Positions 13,506 through 26,874 are shown, numbered from the stretch's first letter. The stretch: DNA of 64,000 bases from Macrostomum hystrix (GCA_950097015.1 CATNEN010000025.1:2976001-3040000), one strand, 5' to 3'. Numbers and translations are program-made. Notes: generated by a model from the sequence alone, not told the origin.

Positions 13506-14550
13506 ATTGACACGGCTATGCACATTTGTAAGTGAAGTTTCTCATCAGTTTGCTCTGCATTAGAATGGCCAATCTAAAACAGTTCTTCGAGTATTTAATC
13601 GCCTTAGCAATGAAGTTAAGCTAGACAAAAATACGTGTACCGTTTGGGCCCATTTGACATATTTTATTGAATAAATTGTGGAAATCGGTTAATCCGTTTG
13701 AGAGATTTTAACTTTAGCATATTACATTAGGAAATAGTTCGGGTTGCATCGGTCACCGGAGAAAAATGCATTTTCAGGTCTACAGACACAAGCACACACA
13801 AACAGACACAGACACAAAATATAACTGCAGCAGCCACCACCGCCGCCGCGCCGCCGCAGCCGCCGCCGCCGCCGACGCCACTGCAGCAGGCAGCCGACTG
13901 TCGCCAAATTTTAGCTTTTTCTCTCTCATATTTTTGCCTAAACAATGCTCACTTAGTTGAGTTCTCTTTTTATTAATTGTGGCAATCTGGCAAAAGCAGG
14001 TGAAGCCAATGACCACCCACCTTCGCCTCATCATTATGACCAGTCTGCGGTTGGCCCAACAAGAAGGCAGCCTTATTCTTGGATAACTCTTGAACAAACA
14101 ATACCTAAGCGGACGGCAGCAAAGGGCCGCGCCTGTCTCTTCACCCTGCTGCTGCTGCTGCTTAATTGTCTCAGCCAGTTAGACAGAAATTTGTGCTCAA
14201 GTGCTCGAGAAAGCACCGCGGAGAAATTATAACCGCGCGACATCTGTCTGTTAAAAACTGGACAAGAGCTCCGAGAGGGGGCTGCGGGGTTTGGCTCGGA
14301 CCCCAGACTGGCGTTGATCGTTAGACTTCTTGGCAGCTCGAGTGAGCTGAGGTCGCGATGGCGGCGGCGGTGGCGGCGGCGGCGGCGGCAGAGACTGTCT
14401 GAGAGTCTGCGGCAGTGCTCAACAAGGTTGCTCAATTTGCTACTAAAAAAATTATGCAGCATGCATAAGATAGAACTGCGTCCTTTCGATGTAGATGTAG
14501 AATGTTTTTTAAAAGTTAATTCTTTGCCCGCGTGATAAGCATATCAATAA

Positions 14551-14905
14551 TGGGAGCGGTTAACGCGTTTGCCTCTCGCACCAACGTCCTTGAGCTCGAT
14601 TCCGCGGTGAGGCCACATCTATTTGGGGCGCAGCCGCGGACAGAAGGTTTGGGGCTTGTCGTGCAATTTACGCCCTTGAGGGCCAACCTCCAAGGCACAG
14701 TGAAAGTGTACACTGCCTGACGATGAGAAGGTCAGGGCAGATGTACACACCTGTGTGAGCGTGTGCCTGCGTACAGTATCTGTGTGCGTGTGTGCTCAGG
14801 ATGGGCAGCAAAATAGGCAGAATTGCCTTCTCGCTGGCTGCAGGTCCAGTGTCACCAAATGATGTGCCATTGCCCGCAGCCGTCCTCCAATTATTATTAT
14901 TATTT
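14551..14905 (+). mobile_element. SINE family A copy, slightly 5'-truncated
   Basis: GAGCTCGATTCCGCGGTGAGGCCACA head, body hairpin at 14706-14748, tail caattattattattattt. Confidence 0.85.
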
Positions 14906-14949
14906 AACATGTCAATGCGACAACATTTTGTCATTTTTCAATCTCCAAG

Positions 14950-15068
14950 GTCAGTACCGCGGGCCAACATTTCACTGGCTAAGCGGTGGCTATTCGGCTG
15001 ACACGGAAACTGCAAGGCTGACTGCGCCTCACTCGCAGGCTGTCTCACCCTACCCACCTCATCAACAT

Positions 15069-15101
<33 letters not shown>

Positions 15102-16482
15102 ACGACTCTTCCTCCTCCGCCGAATCCAGCTGCTCCTTTGACATCAACTGCGCAGCTGACTTCTGAAACGTCAACGAACAAGAAGTTGCCAGTAGCTGCC
15201 GACAATGTCGGCGCTGGCCATCGCGACTGCGCCAACTGCGGCGCCGTCAGCACCCCTCTGTGGCGACGCGACAGCTCCGGACGCTACCTGTGCAACGCGT
15301 GCGGCCTTTACCTGAAGATGAATGGCACATCGAGGCCACTGGTCAGGCCCAAGCGCAGGCTGGTGAGTTGCTCGGCGACGCACTAAAACAAATGTATAAT
15401 TACTTAGTTCTTGTTACTACTGGTCAGTAGGCAGATTGGGGAATAGACTGAAGTATGTGAAATTTACCTGAATCATCAAACTGGAATTGCATTCAACCTG
15501 AATCATCAAACTGGAATTGCATTCAACCTGAATCATCAAACTGGGATTCCATCCTTCCTGAATCATCAGACTGGGTTTTCATTCTACCTGAATCATTAAA
15601 TTGGGATTTCATTCTACCTGAATCATTATATTATTATTAACTATTATTAATAATGTTAATACTATTACCAAATCAACCCCCGCAGTCCACCACGAAGCGC
15701 GTAGGCGTCCAGTGCTCGAACTGCGGCACGGCTGCCACCACGCTGTGGCGGCGCAGCGTCAATGGGCAGCCGGTGTGCAACGCCTGCGGTCTGTACTTTA
15801 AGCTGCACAGTGTGAGTAACTCACAGCTCATATTGTTATACTCAGTCTAGAATAGTAAATAATACATGATAATCTTTCATGTCTAATTAAACAGGTCAAC
15901 CGACCCGTCGCAATGAAAAAGGACGGCATACAAACTCGAAATCGGAAGCTGTTATCAACGCAACACCAGCCGCACTGCCAACAGCAGTTCCAGCAGTTCC
16001 AGCAGCACCAGAGGCCGCAGAAAGCGAGAACTCGCCCGACGGAACCGCAGACTCTAGCCTCAACGCGGCCAAATTCGGCGGCGGCCGCGGCGGCTGCGGC
16101 GGTTGCAGCGGCTGCCGCTGCGGCGGCTGATTTTGAAGTCGCCGCAGCCGCAGCTGCTGGGTACCGCTACGTGCACAAACTCGGACCAGGTTCACCTGTG
16201 CTGCCTACATCTGCGTACACTGGGTCGCGGCATCACCTGCCGCACCAGTACCACTATCAATACCATCAACAGCAGCAGCAGCAGCAGTATCAGCAGCAAT
16301 ACCAGCAGTACCAGCAACATCAGCAGCAGCAGCATCACAGTGCCTCAATCAGTTGCAGAAATCAGGCGCATCATTCTGGAGGTTTCGCTGCGGCGGCGGC
16401 GGCTGCGGCGGCTGCGGCGGCTGCTGCAGCTGCGGCCTCCAGCGGGGGCGCTTATCAGTACTCGACGGTGTCCCAATTCTAA
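14950..16482 (+). CDS. GATA1/2/3: GATA1/2/3-class transcription factor, two zinc fingers (exons 14950-15362, 15686-15811, 15895-16482)
   Basis: N-finger [33 protein letters not shown] and C-finger [32 protein letters not shown]. The linker [11 protein letters not shown] and the tail [18 protein letters not shown] match the GATA123 rather than the GATA456 signature. GT-AG junctions keep the frame (CTG|gtgagt..cag|TCC; AGT|gtgagt..cag|GTC). Poly-Q/poly-A C-terminus, stop TAA ending at 16482. Confidence 0.95.
15467..15630. repeat. 30-bp minisatellite in GATA intron (CCTGAATCATCAAACTGGAATTGCATTCAA)
   Basis: About 5 diverging units. Confidence 0.85.
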
Positions 16483-16569
16483 CTCAAAGTTTGGTGACAC
16501 ACTAAACAAAACAAATCTTATTGAAAAAATATAAAGTCTTCTATGTTTCCTTATGGAATCAAATGAATT

Positions 16570-18970
16570 TCCCTACCACATTTGATACCCACCTCATGCC
16601 CAGTGAACGAATTTTCTTACCCCTTTTGATGCCCACCTCACGCCCAATTAACAAATTTTCTTACCCTTTTGATGCCCACCTCACGCCCAAAGAACGAATT
16701 TCCTTACCCTCTTTGATACCCACCTCACGCCCAAAGAACGAATTTCCTTACCCACTTTGATACCCACCTCACGCCCAACGAACGAATTTTCTTTCTCCCT
16801 TTGATACCCACCTCACGCCCAGCAAATGGAGGCGCTTATCAGTAATCGACTGTATCCCAGTTTCTGTCTCAACGCTGTTGCGTCACAGTGAACAAAAATA
16901 ATCTAAAAGAAAAACCGTAAAGTCTTCCACGATTTTGTCTAGGTTTTGTTTTCAGTATCATATAGCAACTGCTTTAAGTGCAATACATTAATCAATTATC
17001 GGTCACAAAACAATGCTGGTTAAATTAAAAATCTCTTGTTTTTCTTCTTACCGTTCTAACTTGAAGTAAACGAAATTAGTAAAAGCCTCGTTCTTTTGAT
17101 TGTAACACGTTATAAGGTTAAAATACATATTTTTTTCCTGCGAAATAAAACAAATGATAAATACGGAAGAAATTGTTATAGTTGAAATTAAAGCGCAGCT
17201 TTATAAATAAAACAGGCCGTTGCTAGTGTAAGCATTTGAAGCATCTATTTATAAATTCTTAGTGAATATTTTAAGTGAATATACGCAGAAAAGCTTTAAG
17301 GAACTAATGTAATAATAATATTTTTACTAGGTACTTTAAAACGACTTTACATACGAAAAATTATTACTTACACAGCTTGTTATATATCAGAAGTTACCAA
17401 AGCGAAATATAGAAAGTAAATTATATTATTGGCTCTATCAATAATAATAGTAAAAATTTGGTTACCTTAAGTTAAGTGTAACTTTCATATTTGTTCATGT
17501 TTTTTGTAATTTCGAATGAACAAACAAAAGAATAATGTTCAAATGTGATTTTTTGTCGATGTATCAAATCCAGAGCTACGAGTAAATGTTGCTTGCATCG
17601 ATTTTCAGAACGAGCTTTCAAGTTGCTACTTTCAGTTTTTCTATATGTTAATGAACGAACCTTTTAATCGCCCACTACACGCCGAACGAATTTCCTTACC
17701 CCTTTAGACACCAACCTCATGCCCAACGAATATATTTCCTTATCCCCCTTTGATACCCACCTCACACCTAACGAACGAATTTCCTTACCCCTTTTGATAA
17801 CAACCTCACGCCTAACGAACGAATTTCCTTACCCCTTTTGATAACAACCTCACGCTTAACGAACGAATTTCCTTACCCCCTTTGATACCAACCTCACGCC
17901 CAACGAACAAATATTCTTACCCAATTAGACGCTCCATCTAATGCATTTGAATAAAATTTCAAAGGAGCGATTGAAAAAAGGAAGTGGTAACTTTCTCGAA
18001 TTCAAGCACATTAATGACTAGAATGACACTTGCGTTCAATATCGATAAAGATCACATTAATTCATTCCGGAAGTTTCTCCTCAGCTGTTCAGCCAAACTT
18101 CCCGTCTGTCAAATGGCAGACAAACTCCGGTCCGCCGGGTGGCTTCTCGTTGCTTCGGCCCCGACTCCGGTTGGAAAACGGGCCGGTGCCATCATCATCG
18201 TGGGCGGAGCAGTCACGGCCGACACTGTCTGCGTCGATGACGAATGGAACAGCTCGCTCGGCACCTCCCAGAAACGCTCGTCAGAAAAGAGATCATCAGA
18301 GGTCAGATTGTTCCAGAATGGCAGGCGTAGGATTAGACCTGGTTTAAAAAAATACAATACTCTAACAGACATCGAAAGACTGTGAGAACTGGAGGCTGCG
18401 AGGACTCTTGTGGCACTCACCGGCCAGCACGCCGCCGAACAGAGCAATGATGATGGTGAGGCCTAGCGTGGCTGCTTGGAAACCAGCCTGGTTCCAGGAG
18501 GACCGGCCCAGCCCGTCCGACACTTCCACGACGCCGTCACGCATCACGACTCGGTAGGGGTGGCCCTCCTCTGTTTTCGGCGCCATGGCAGTGAAAATCG
18601 CGTACAAGCTGCGGAGATACAATCGAACTTGTAGACACCCAAGCGACACCTCATGCAAACCATCTGATTTCCTTACCCCTCTTGACACCCACCTCACGCC
18701 AAAATTTGATTTCCTTATTCCTCATGACACCCACCTCACGCCAAACACACGCCAAACATTAGATTGTCTTACCCCTCTTGACACCCACCTCATGCCAACC
18801 ATCTGACTTTTCTTACCCCTCTAGACACCCGCCTCATGCCAACCATCTGACTTTTCTTACCCCTCTAGACACCCGCCTCATGCCAACCATCTGACTTTTC
18901 TTACCCCTCTAGACACCCGCCTCATGCCAACCATCTGACTTTTCTTACCCCTCTAGACACCCGCCTCATG
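16570..18970. repeat. Three arrays of one approximately 43-44-bp minisatellite family (16570-16825, 17680-17915, 18635-18970)
   Basis: Shared core CTTACCCC.TTTGA(T/C)ACCCACCTCA(C/T)GCC, same orientation in all three. Confidence 0.9.
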
Positions 18971-21900
18971 CAAAGTGAAATGAGAAGCCCACCTTGTTCC
19001 GTAACTTTCAGTATCGGCCAGCCCCGTAAACAATATGCCGAACAGGCCGGCCATAAGGCCCGGCATTCCGTGCAGATTGTTGACTCCGCATGTGTCGTGT
19101 ATTTTCGCAGCGTTCATTTTTGGCTGAAATTTTATTGCAGACTTTTTAGCTAAACATTTCAATAACAAAATTCTTAACTTCGCCTTCATCTTTACTCACC
19201 GTGAAGAACTTGTAGCCAACGGTGGAAACGCAGCCGGCCAAGGCCCCTATAAGAATGGCGCACCAGGGCCCGATCATGAAGTCGGATGTTGTGCCCACAG
19301 CCACCCCGCCAGCCAGCGTGGCATTCTGCACGTGCACCATCACCAGCTTGTTGTCGCCGCTGATCATCGAGGAGACGGCAAACGCCACCACAGTGCAGCT
19401 GGCAAGCGACAGCACCGTGTTCACCACGGCGCGCTGTCGATCGTCGCCAGGCGCCATCGCCGAATTGAAGCTGGGCCAGAACATCCACAGGAACACCGTG
19501 CCGATCATGGAGAACATGTCCGACTGGTAGTTGGCGCCCTCCTGCGGATGCTCGTTTGTTGATTTGGTGCACAGGACCCGGGCTGCTGCCAGGCCGAAAT
19601 AGGCGCCGAACACGTGGATGTACATGCTGCCGCCCATGTCCACAGCCTGGGAGGTTGGGTGAGCAGGAAGGTTAGGGGTGAAGAGGGATATTATAGGGGT
19701 TAAAAGGGAGATTATAGGGGTGAAGAGGGAGATTATAGGGGTGAAGAGGGAGATTATAGGGCTGAAGAGGGAGATTATAGGGGTGAAGAGGGAGAGTAGG
19801 GGTGAAGAGGGAGATTATAGGGGTTAAAAGGGAGATTATAGGGGTGAAGAGGGAGATTATAGGGGTGAAGAGGGAGATTATAGGGCTGAAGAGGGAGATT
19901 ATAGGGGTGAAGAGGGAGAGTAGGGGTGAAGAGGGAGATTATAGGGGTGAAGAGGGAGAGTAGGGGTGAAGAGGGAGATTATAGGGGTGAAGAGGGAGAG
20001 TAGGGGTGAAGAGGGAGATTATAGGGCTGAAGAGGGAGATTATAGGGGTGAAGAGGGAGATTATAGGGGTGAAGAGGGAGAGTAGGGGTGAAGAGGGAGA
20101 GTAGGGGTGAAGAGGGAGAGTAGGGGTGAAGAGGGAGAGTAGGGGTGAAGAGGGAGAGTAGGGGTGAAGAGGGAGATTATAGGGGTGAAGAGGGAGAGTA
20201 TAGGAGTGAAGAGGGAGATTATAGGGGTGAAGGGGGAGATTATAGGAGTGAAGGGGGGAGATTATAGGAGTGAAGGGGGGAGATTATAGGAGTGAAGGGG
20301 GAGATTATAGGAGTGAAGAGGGAGATTATAGGGGTGAAGGGGGAGATTATAGGAGTGAAGGGGGGAGATTATAGGAGTGAAGGGGGAGATTAAGGGAGTG
20401 AAGGGGGAGATTAAAGGAGTGAAGGGGGAGATTATAGGAGTGAAGGGGGAGATTATAGGAGTGAAGGGGGAGATTATAGGAGTGAAGGGGGAGATTATAG
20501 GAGTGAAGGGGGAGATTATAGGAGTGAAGGGGGAGATTATAGGAGTGAAGGCGGAGATTATAGGAGTGAAGGGGGAGATTATAGGAGTTAGGAGGCAGAT
20601 TAGGGGTGCAGATGGTCAGCAGCAGCACTGACCCTCATGATGTGCACTCCGATATGCTCATTGAGTGTGTAGATTGGAATCTCCACCAGAGAGAGAACGA
20701 GGCTCTGCATTGGCGAGAGTTTCCCGAGCAGGGCTCCGAATGAGATCAGAACCGAAGCGGCTGCGAAGTCGGAGCTGATGAGCCTGTTGAATTCGGGGTT
20801 TTATTGGGTAGGACTAGGGACATTGGAGATTTGAGAACTGTGTTTTTGGGATTTTTTATAATATGCCCATGGCGAGGGAGTTGAGTGGAAGAGCGGATGG
20901 GCAGATGTACACACCTGTGTGAGTGTGTGCCTGCGTACAGTATCTGTGTGCTCAGCAGTCAGCGAAATGGGCAGAATTGCCTACACGCTGGCTGCGGGTC
21001 CAGTGTCACCGAATGATGTGCCTGTGCACACTGCCTCTAGCAAATATCATTATGACGATTGTACGAGTATGTTGACGATCGTTGTAAAAATGAGATGACG
21101 ATCATTAATAAGCACATCTGGAAATTAGAAAATTTGACATCGAGTGTCAGTTAGGTGTCAACGGGTGTCAGTTAGGTATCATCGCGTGTCAGTTAGGTGT
21201 CATCGCGTGTCATCGGGTGTCAGTTAGGTGTCATCGGGTGTCAGTTAGGTGTCATCGCGTGTCAGTTAGGAGTCATGGGGTGTCAGTTAGGTGTCATCGG
21301 GTGTCAGTTAGGTGTCATCGGATGTCAGGGTGTCATCGGGCGTCAGGGTGTCATCGGGTGTCAGGGTGTCATCGGGTGTCAGTTTGGGTGTCATCGGGTG
21401 CCAGTGAGAGTGTCATTGAGTGTCAGTATGTGATCTGGTAAATGCGACACCGCATAGAGAGCTCACGTGGTGACACCAATCTTGAACTTGCCGTTGGACA
21501 TTGACAGGAAGCCCTTGACAGCGGTGGCCCACTGCAGCACCAAGGAGGCGATAAGCAGGTTCAGGCTCACACTGCTGTAGCCGTATCGCTTCAGGAACGT
21601 CATCAAAAAACCGAAGCCGACAAATATCATGACGTGGACGTCTTGGAACACTGGGGTGAAAAATGCGCTCTCATTTAGGCTAGCAGTCAGGCCAGAACAG
21701 TGAGACTGTGTATAGTCAGACTGTGTATAGTCAGACTGTGTATAGTCAGACTGTGTATAGTCAGACTGTGTATAGTCAGACTGTGTATAGTCAGACTGTG
21801 TATAGTCAGACTGTGTATAGTCAGACTGTGTATAGTCAGACTGTGTATAGTCAGACTGTGTATAGTCAGACTGTGTATAGTCAGACAATCAACTGCCAGA

Positions 21901-24900
21901 CTGTGTATAGTCAGACTGTGTATAGTCAGACTGTGTATAGTCAGACAATCAACTGTCAGACTGTGTATAGTCAGACAATCAACTGTCAGACTGTGTATAG
22001 TCAGACAATCAACTGCCAGACTGTGTATAGTCAGACTGTGTATAGCCAGACTGTGTATAGTCAGACTGTGTATAGCCAGACTGTGTATAGTCAGACTGTG
22101 TAGTCAGACAATCAACTGCCAGACTGTGTAGTCAGACAATCAACTGCCAGACTGTGTATAGTGAGATAATCAACTGCCAGACTGTGTATAGTGAGACAAT
22201 CAACTGCCAGACTGTGTATGGTCAGACAATCAACTGCCAGACTGTGTATAGTGAGACAATCAACTGCCAGACTGTGTATAGTGAGACAATCAACTGTCAG
22301 ACTGTGTATAGTGAGACAATCAACTGCCAGACTGTGTAAAGTGAGACAATCATCTGTCAGACTGTGTATAGTCAGGCAATCAACTGTCAGACTGTGTATA
22401 GTCAGACTGTGTATAGTCAGACTGTGTATAGTCAGACTGTGTATAGTCAGACTGTGTATAGTCAGACTGTGTATAGTCAGACTGTGTATAGTCAGACTGT
22501 GTATAGTCAGACTGTGTATAGTCAGACAATCAACTGCCAGACTGTGTATAGTCAGACTGTGTATAGTCAGACTGTGTATAGTCAGACAATCAACTGTCAG
22601 ACTGTGTATAGTCAGACAATCAACTGTCAGACTGTGTATAGTCAGACAATCAACTGCCAGACTGTGTATAGTCAGACTGTGTATAGCCAGACTGTGTATA
22701 GTCAGACTGTGTATAGCCAGACTGTGTATAGTCAGACTGTGTAGTCAGACAATCAACTGCCAGACTGTGTAGTCAGACAATCAACTGCCAGACTGTGTAT
22801 AGTGAGATAATCAACTGCCAGACTGTGTATAGTGAGACAATCAACTGCCAGACTGTGTATGGTCAGACAATCAACTGCCAGACTGTGTATAGTGAGACAA
22901 TCAACTGCCAGACTGTGTATAGTGAGACAATCAACTGTCAGACTGTGTATAGTGAGACAATCAACTGCCAGACTGTGTAAAGTGAGACAATCATCTGTCA
23001 GACTGTGTATAGTCAGGCAATCAACTGTCAGACTGTGTATAGTCAGACAATCAACTGTCAGACTGTGTATAGTCAGACAATCAACTGTCAGACTGTGTAT
23101 AGTCAGACAATCAACTGCCAGACTGTGTATAGTCAGACAATCAACTGTCAGACTGTGTATAGTCAGACAATCAACTGCCAGACTGTGTATAGTGAGACAA
23201 TCAACTGTCAGACTGTGTATAGTGAGACAATCAACTGCCAGACTGTGTATAGTCAGACAATCAACTGCCAGACTGTGTATAGTCAGACAATCAACTGCCA
23301 GACTGTGTATAGTCAGACAATCAACTGCCAGACTGTGTATAGTCAGACAATCAACTGCCAGACTGTGTATAGTCAGACAATCAACTGCCAGACTGTGTAT
23401 AGTCAGACAATCAACTGTCAGACTGTGTATAGTCAGACAATCAACTGCCAGACTGTGTATAGTCAGACAATCAACTGCCAGACTGTGTATAGTCAGACAA
23501 TCAACTGCCAGACTGTGTATAGTCAGACAATCAACTGTCAGACTGTGTATAGTCAGACAATCAACTGCCAGACTGTGTATAGTCAGACAATCAACTGCCA
23601 GACTGTGTATAGTCAGACTGTGTATAGTCAGACTGTGTATAGTCAGACTGTGTATAGTCAGACTGTGTATAGTCAGACTGTGTATAGTCAGACTGTGTAT
23701 AGTCAGACTGTGTATAGTCAGACTGTGTATAGTCAGACTGTGTATAGTCAGACTGTGTATAGTCAGACTGTGTATAGTCAGACTGTGTATAGTCACTAGT
23801 CAGACAATCAACTGCCAGACTGTGTATAGTCAGACAATCAACTGTCAGACTGTGTATAGTCAGACAATCAACTGCCAGACTGTGTATAGTGAGACAATCA
23901 ACTGCCAGACTGTGTATAGTCAGACAATCAACTGTCAGACTGTGTATAGTGAGACAATCAACTGCCAGACTGTGTATAGTCAGACAATCAACTGCCAGAC
24001 TGTGTATAGTCAGACAATCAACTGCCAGACTGTGTATAGTCAGACTGTGTATAGTCAGACTGTGTATAGTCAGACTGTGTATAGTCAGACTGTGTATAGT
24101 CAGACTGTGTATAGTCAGACTGTGTATAGTCAGACTGTGTATAGTCAGACTGTGTATAGTCAGACAATCAACTGCCAGACTGTGTATAGTCAGACAATCA
24201 ACTGTCAGACTGTGTATAGTCAGACAATCAACCGCCAGACTGTGTATAGTGAGACAATCAACTGCCAGACTGTGTATAGTCAGACAATCAACTGCCAGAC
24301 TGTGTATAGTCAGACAATCAACTGTCAGACTGTGTATAGTCAGACAATCAACTGTCAGACTGTGTATAGTCAGACAATCAACTGTCAGACTGTGTATAGT
24401 CAGACAATCAACTGTCAGACTGTGTATAGTCAGACAATCAACTGTCAGACTGTGTATAGTGAGACAATCAACTGCCAGACTGTGTATAGTCAGACAATCA
24501 ACTGTCAGACTGTGTATAGTCAGACAATCAACTGCCAGACTGTGTATAGTGAGACAATCAACTGCCAGACTGTGTGTAGTCAGACAATCAACTGCCAGAC
24601 TGTGTATAGTCAGACAATCAACTGTCAGACTGTGTATAGTGAGACAATCAACTGCCAGACTGTGTATAGTCAGACAATCAACTGTCAGACTGTGTATAGT
24701 CAGACAATCAACTGCCAGACTGTGTATAGTCAGACAATCAACTGCCAGACTGTGTATAGTCAGACAATCAACTGCCAGACTGTGTATAGTCAGACAATAA
24801 ACTGTCAGACTGTGTATAGTGAGACAATCAACTGCCAGACTGTGTGTAGTCAGACAATCAACTGCCAGACTGTGTATAGTCAGACAATCAACTGTCAGAC

Positions 24901-26373
24901 TGTGTATAGTGAGACAATCAACTGCCAGACTGTGTGTAGTCAGACAATCAACTGCCAGACTGTGTATAGTCAGACAATCAACTGTCAGACTGTGTATAGT
25001 GAGACAATCAACTGCCAGACTGTGTATAGTCAGACAATCAACTGCCAGACTGTGTAGTCAGACAATTAACTGTCAGACTGTGTATAGTCAGACAATCAAC
25101 TGTCAGACTGTGTATAGTGAGACAATCAACTGCCAGACTGTGTATAGTCAGACAATCAACTGTCAGACTGTGTATAGTCAGACAATCAACTGTCAGACTG
25201 TGTATAGTCAGACAATCAACTGCCAGACTGTGTATAGTCAGACTGTGTATAGTCAGACTGTGTATAGTCAGACTGTGTATAGTCAGACTGTGTATAGTCA
25301 GACAATCAACTGCCAGACTGTGTATAGTCAGACAATCAACTGTCAGACTGTGTATAGTCAGACAATCAACCGCCAGACTGTGTATAGTGAGACAATCAAC
25401 TGTCAGACTGTGTATAGTCAGACAATCAACTGCCAGACTGTGTATAGTCAGACAATCAACTGTCAGACTGTGTATAGTCAGACAATCAACTGTCAGACTG
25501 TGTATAGTGAGACAATCAACTGTCAGACTGTGTATAGTCAGACAATCAACTGCCAGACTGTGTATAGTCAGACAATCAACTGTCAGACTGTGTATAGTCA
25601 GACAATCAACTGTCAGACTGTGTATAGTGAGACAATCAACTGCCAGACTGTGTATAGTCAGACAATCAACTGCCAGACTGTGTATAGTCAGACAATCAAC
25701 TGTCAGACTGTGTATAGTCAGACAATCAACTGCCAGACTGTGTATAGTCAGACAATCAACTGTCAGACTGTGTATAGTCAGACAATCAACTGTCAGACTG
25801 TGTATAGTCAGACAATCAACTGTCAGACTGTGTATAGTCAGACAATCAACTGCCAGACTGTGTATAGTCAGACAATCAACTGTCAGACTGTGTATAGTCA
25901 GACAATCAACTGTCAGACTGTGTATAGTGAGACAATCAACTGCCAGACTGTGTATAGTCAGACAATCAACTGCCAGACTGTGTATAGTCAGACAATCAAC
26001 TGTCAGACTGTGTATAGTCGGACAATCAACTGCCAGACTGTGTATAGTCAGACAATCAACTGCCAGACTGTGTATAGTCAGACAATCAACTGCCAGACTG
26101 TGTATAGTCAGACAATCAACTGCCAGACTGTGTATGGTCAGACAATCAACTGCCAGACTGGTAGACGGCAGCAGACTCACTGGGATAATAATGATCTACG
26201 GGATCCTGCAGCAGCTCGCCAGCCTTGAGCGCGGCGGCAGCGGCGGTAGCGTTGCCGAAGTACTTAGCACTCGCCGAGTCGTCATAGTCGGCGGCGATGG
26301 CAAAGATGATGAGAAGAGCCAGCTGTGCTGTGGCAGCGAATACGCCGAAACGCATTTTGGCAAACTTGCTCAT
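18109..26373 (-). CDS. Rh50: Rh-family ammonia/ammonium channel, 7 exons (26181-26373, 21467-21650, 20633-20783, 19200-19646, 18993-19123, 18421-18608, 18109-18338), about 507 aa
   Basis: The spliced frame gives hallmark Rh motifs [77 protein letters not shown] and [13 protein letters not shown]. The twin His and the Phe gate residues are present. All six introns are GT-AG with consistent phases. Confidence 0.96.
19670..20600. repeat. 19/21-bp purine-rich minisatellite filling Rh intron 3 (GGGGTGAAGAGGGAGATTATA)
   Basis: Direct inspection. Confidence 0.95.
20876..21050 (+). mobile_element. SINE family A copy, internally deleted
   Basis: Head fragment GGAGTTGAGTGGAAGAGCGG is joined directly to the 3' half GGGCAGATGTACACACCTGTGTGAG...GGTCCAGTGTCACCGAATGATG. 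Confidence 0.75.
21140..21425. repeat. 15/21-bp minisatellite in Rh intron 2 (GTGTCAGTTAGGTGTCATCGG)
   Basis: Direct inspection. Confidence 0.9.
21703..26160. repeat. 4.5-kb 15/30-bp minisatellite filling Rh intron 1 (GACTGTGTATAGTCA +/- GACAATCAACTGCCA)
   Basis: Alternating runs of monomer and dimer; this array is the source of the 741-aa and other spurious ORFs. Confidence 0.97.
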
Positions 26374-26874
26374 ATCTGCTCAACTGCTCAAATGAGTCTC
26401 AACTGGGCTGAATTGCGGAGAATCCTCGCGAGCTACTCATGAATCGTTCAACAGGTGCGAGATGCGACGCGAACTTTAAATTGAAGACGGGCAAACCAGC
26501 AGACGACTGGTGTCCTCCATGCTGAGTGTAGCATTTCAAAGTCCCATACGAATGGCCCAACAAATTCAGCAATTAATTATTTGGCTAGATACTAGCGGCA
26601 AGTCTCGCTCTAGGATATACAAGCCAGTCTTTCTAGGCCACTAGCGGTGTTGCATTCTAGCTTCATTAACCAGGCGAATAAATATGAGACGCCACAGGCG
26701 CTTTTAGCAATCAACGAGAACGACTCACTCACAAAAACAGGGCGGTCAGAGAAAAACCTAGAGTAGGCTATGGAGTACATCGGTTCCCAAGATTCAAACC
26801 TAATCTTGGGGAAAGGATGGAAGCTAAAGCTAGAAATCTCATTCTATGGAACCCATATACTCGTCGTGGACATG

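Noticed and set aside
14700-14750. Hammerhead ribozyme in SINE-A (CTGACGA...GAAA)
   Set aside because: There is no stem II, and the putative core is itself base-paired in a simple hairpin.
17984-18385. Plus-strand ORFs overlapping Rh, MAN1 and MAP7 exons (also 19222-19562, 30991-31254, 33211-33859, 58428-58968 antisense)
   Set aside because: Antisense or shadow frames of GC-rich coding exons.
21700-26442. Long ORFs (741, 469, 441, 380, 347 aa)
   Set aside because: They are translations of the 15/30-bp intronic array, open in several frames and on both strands.
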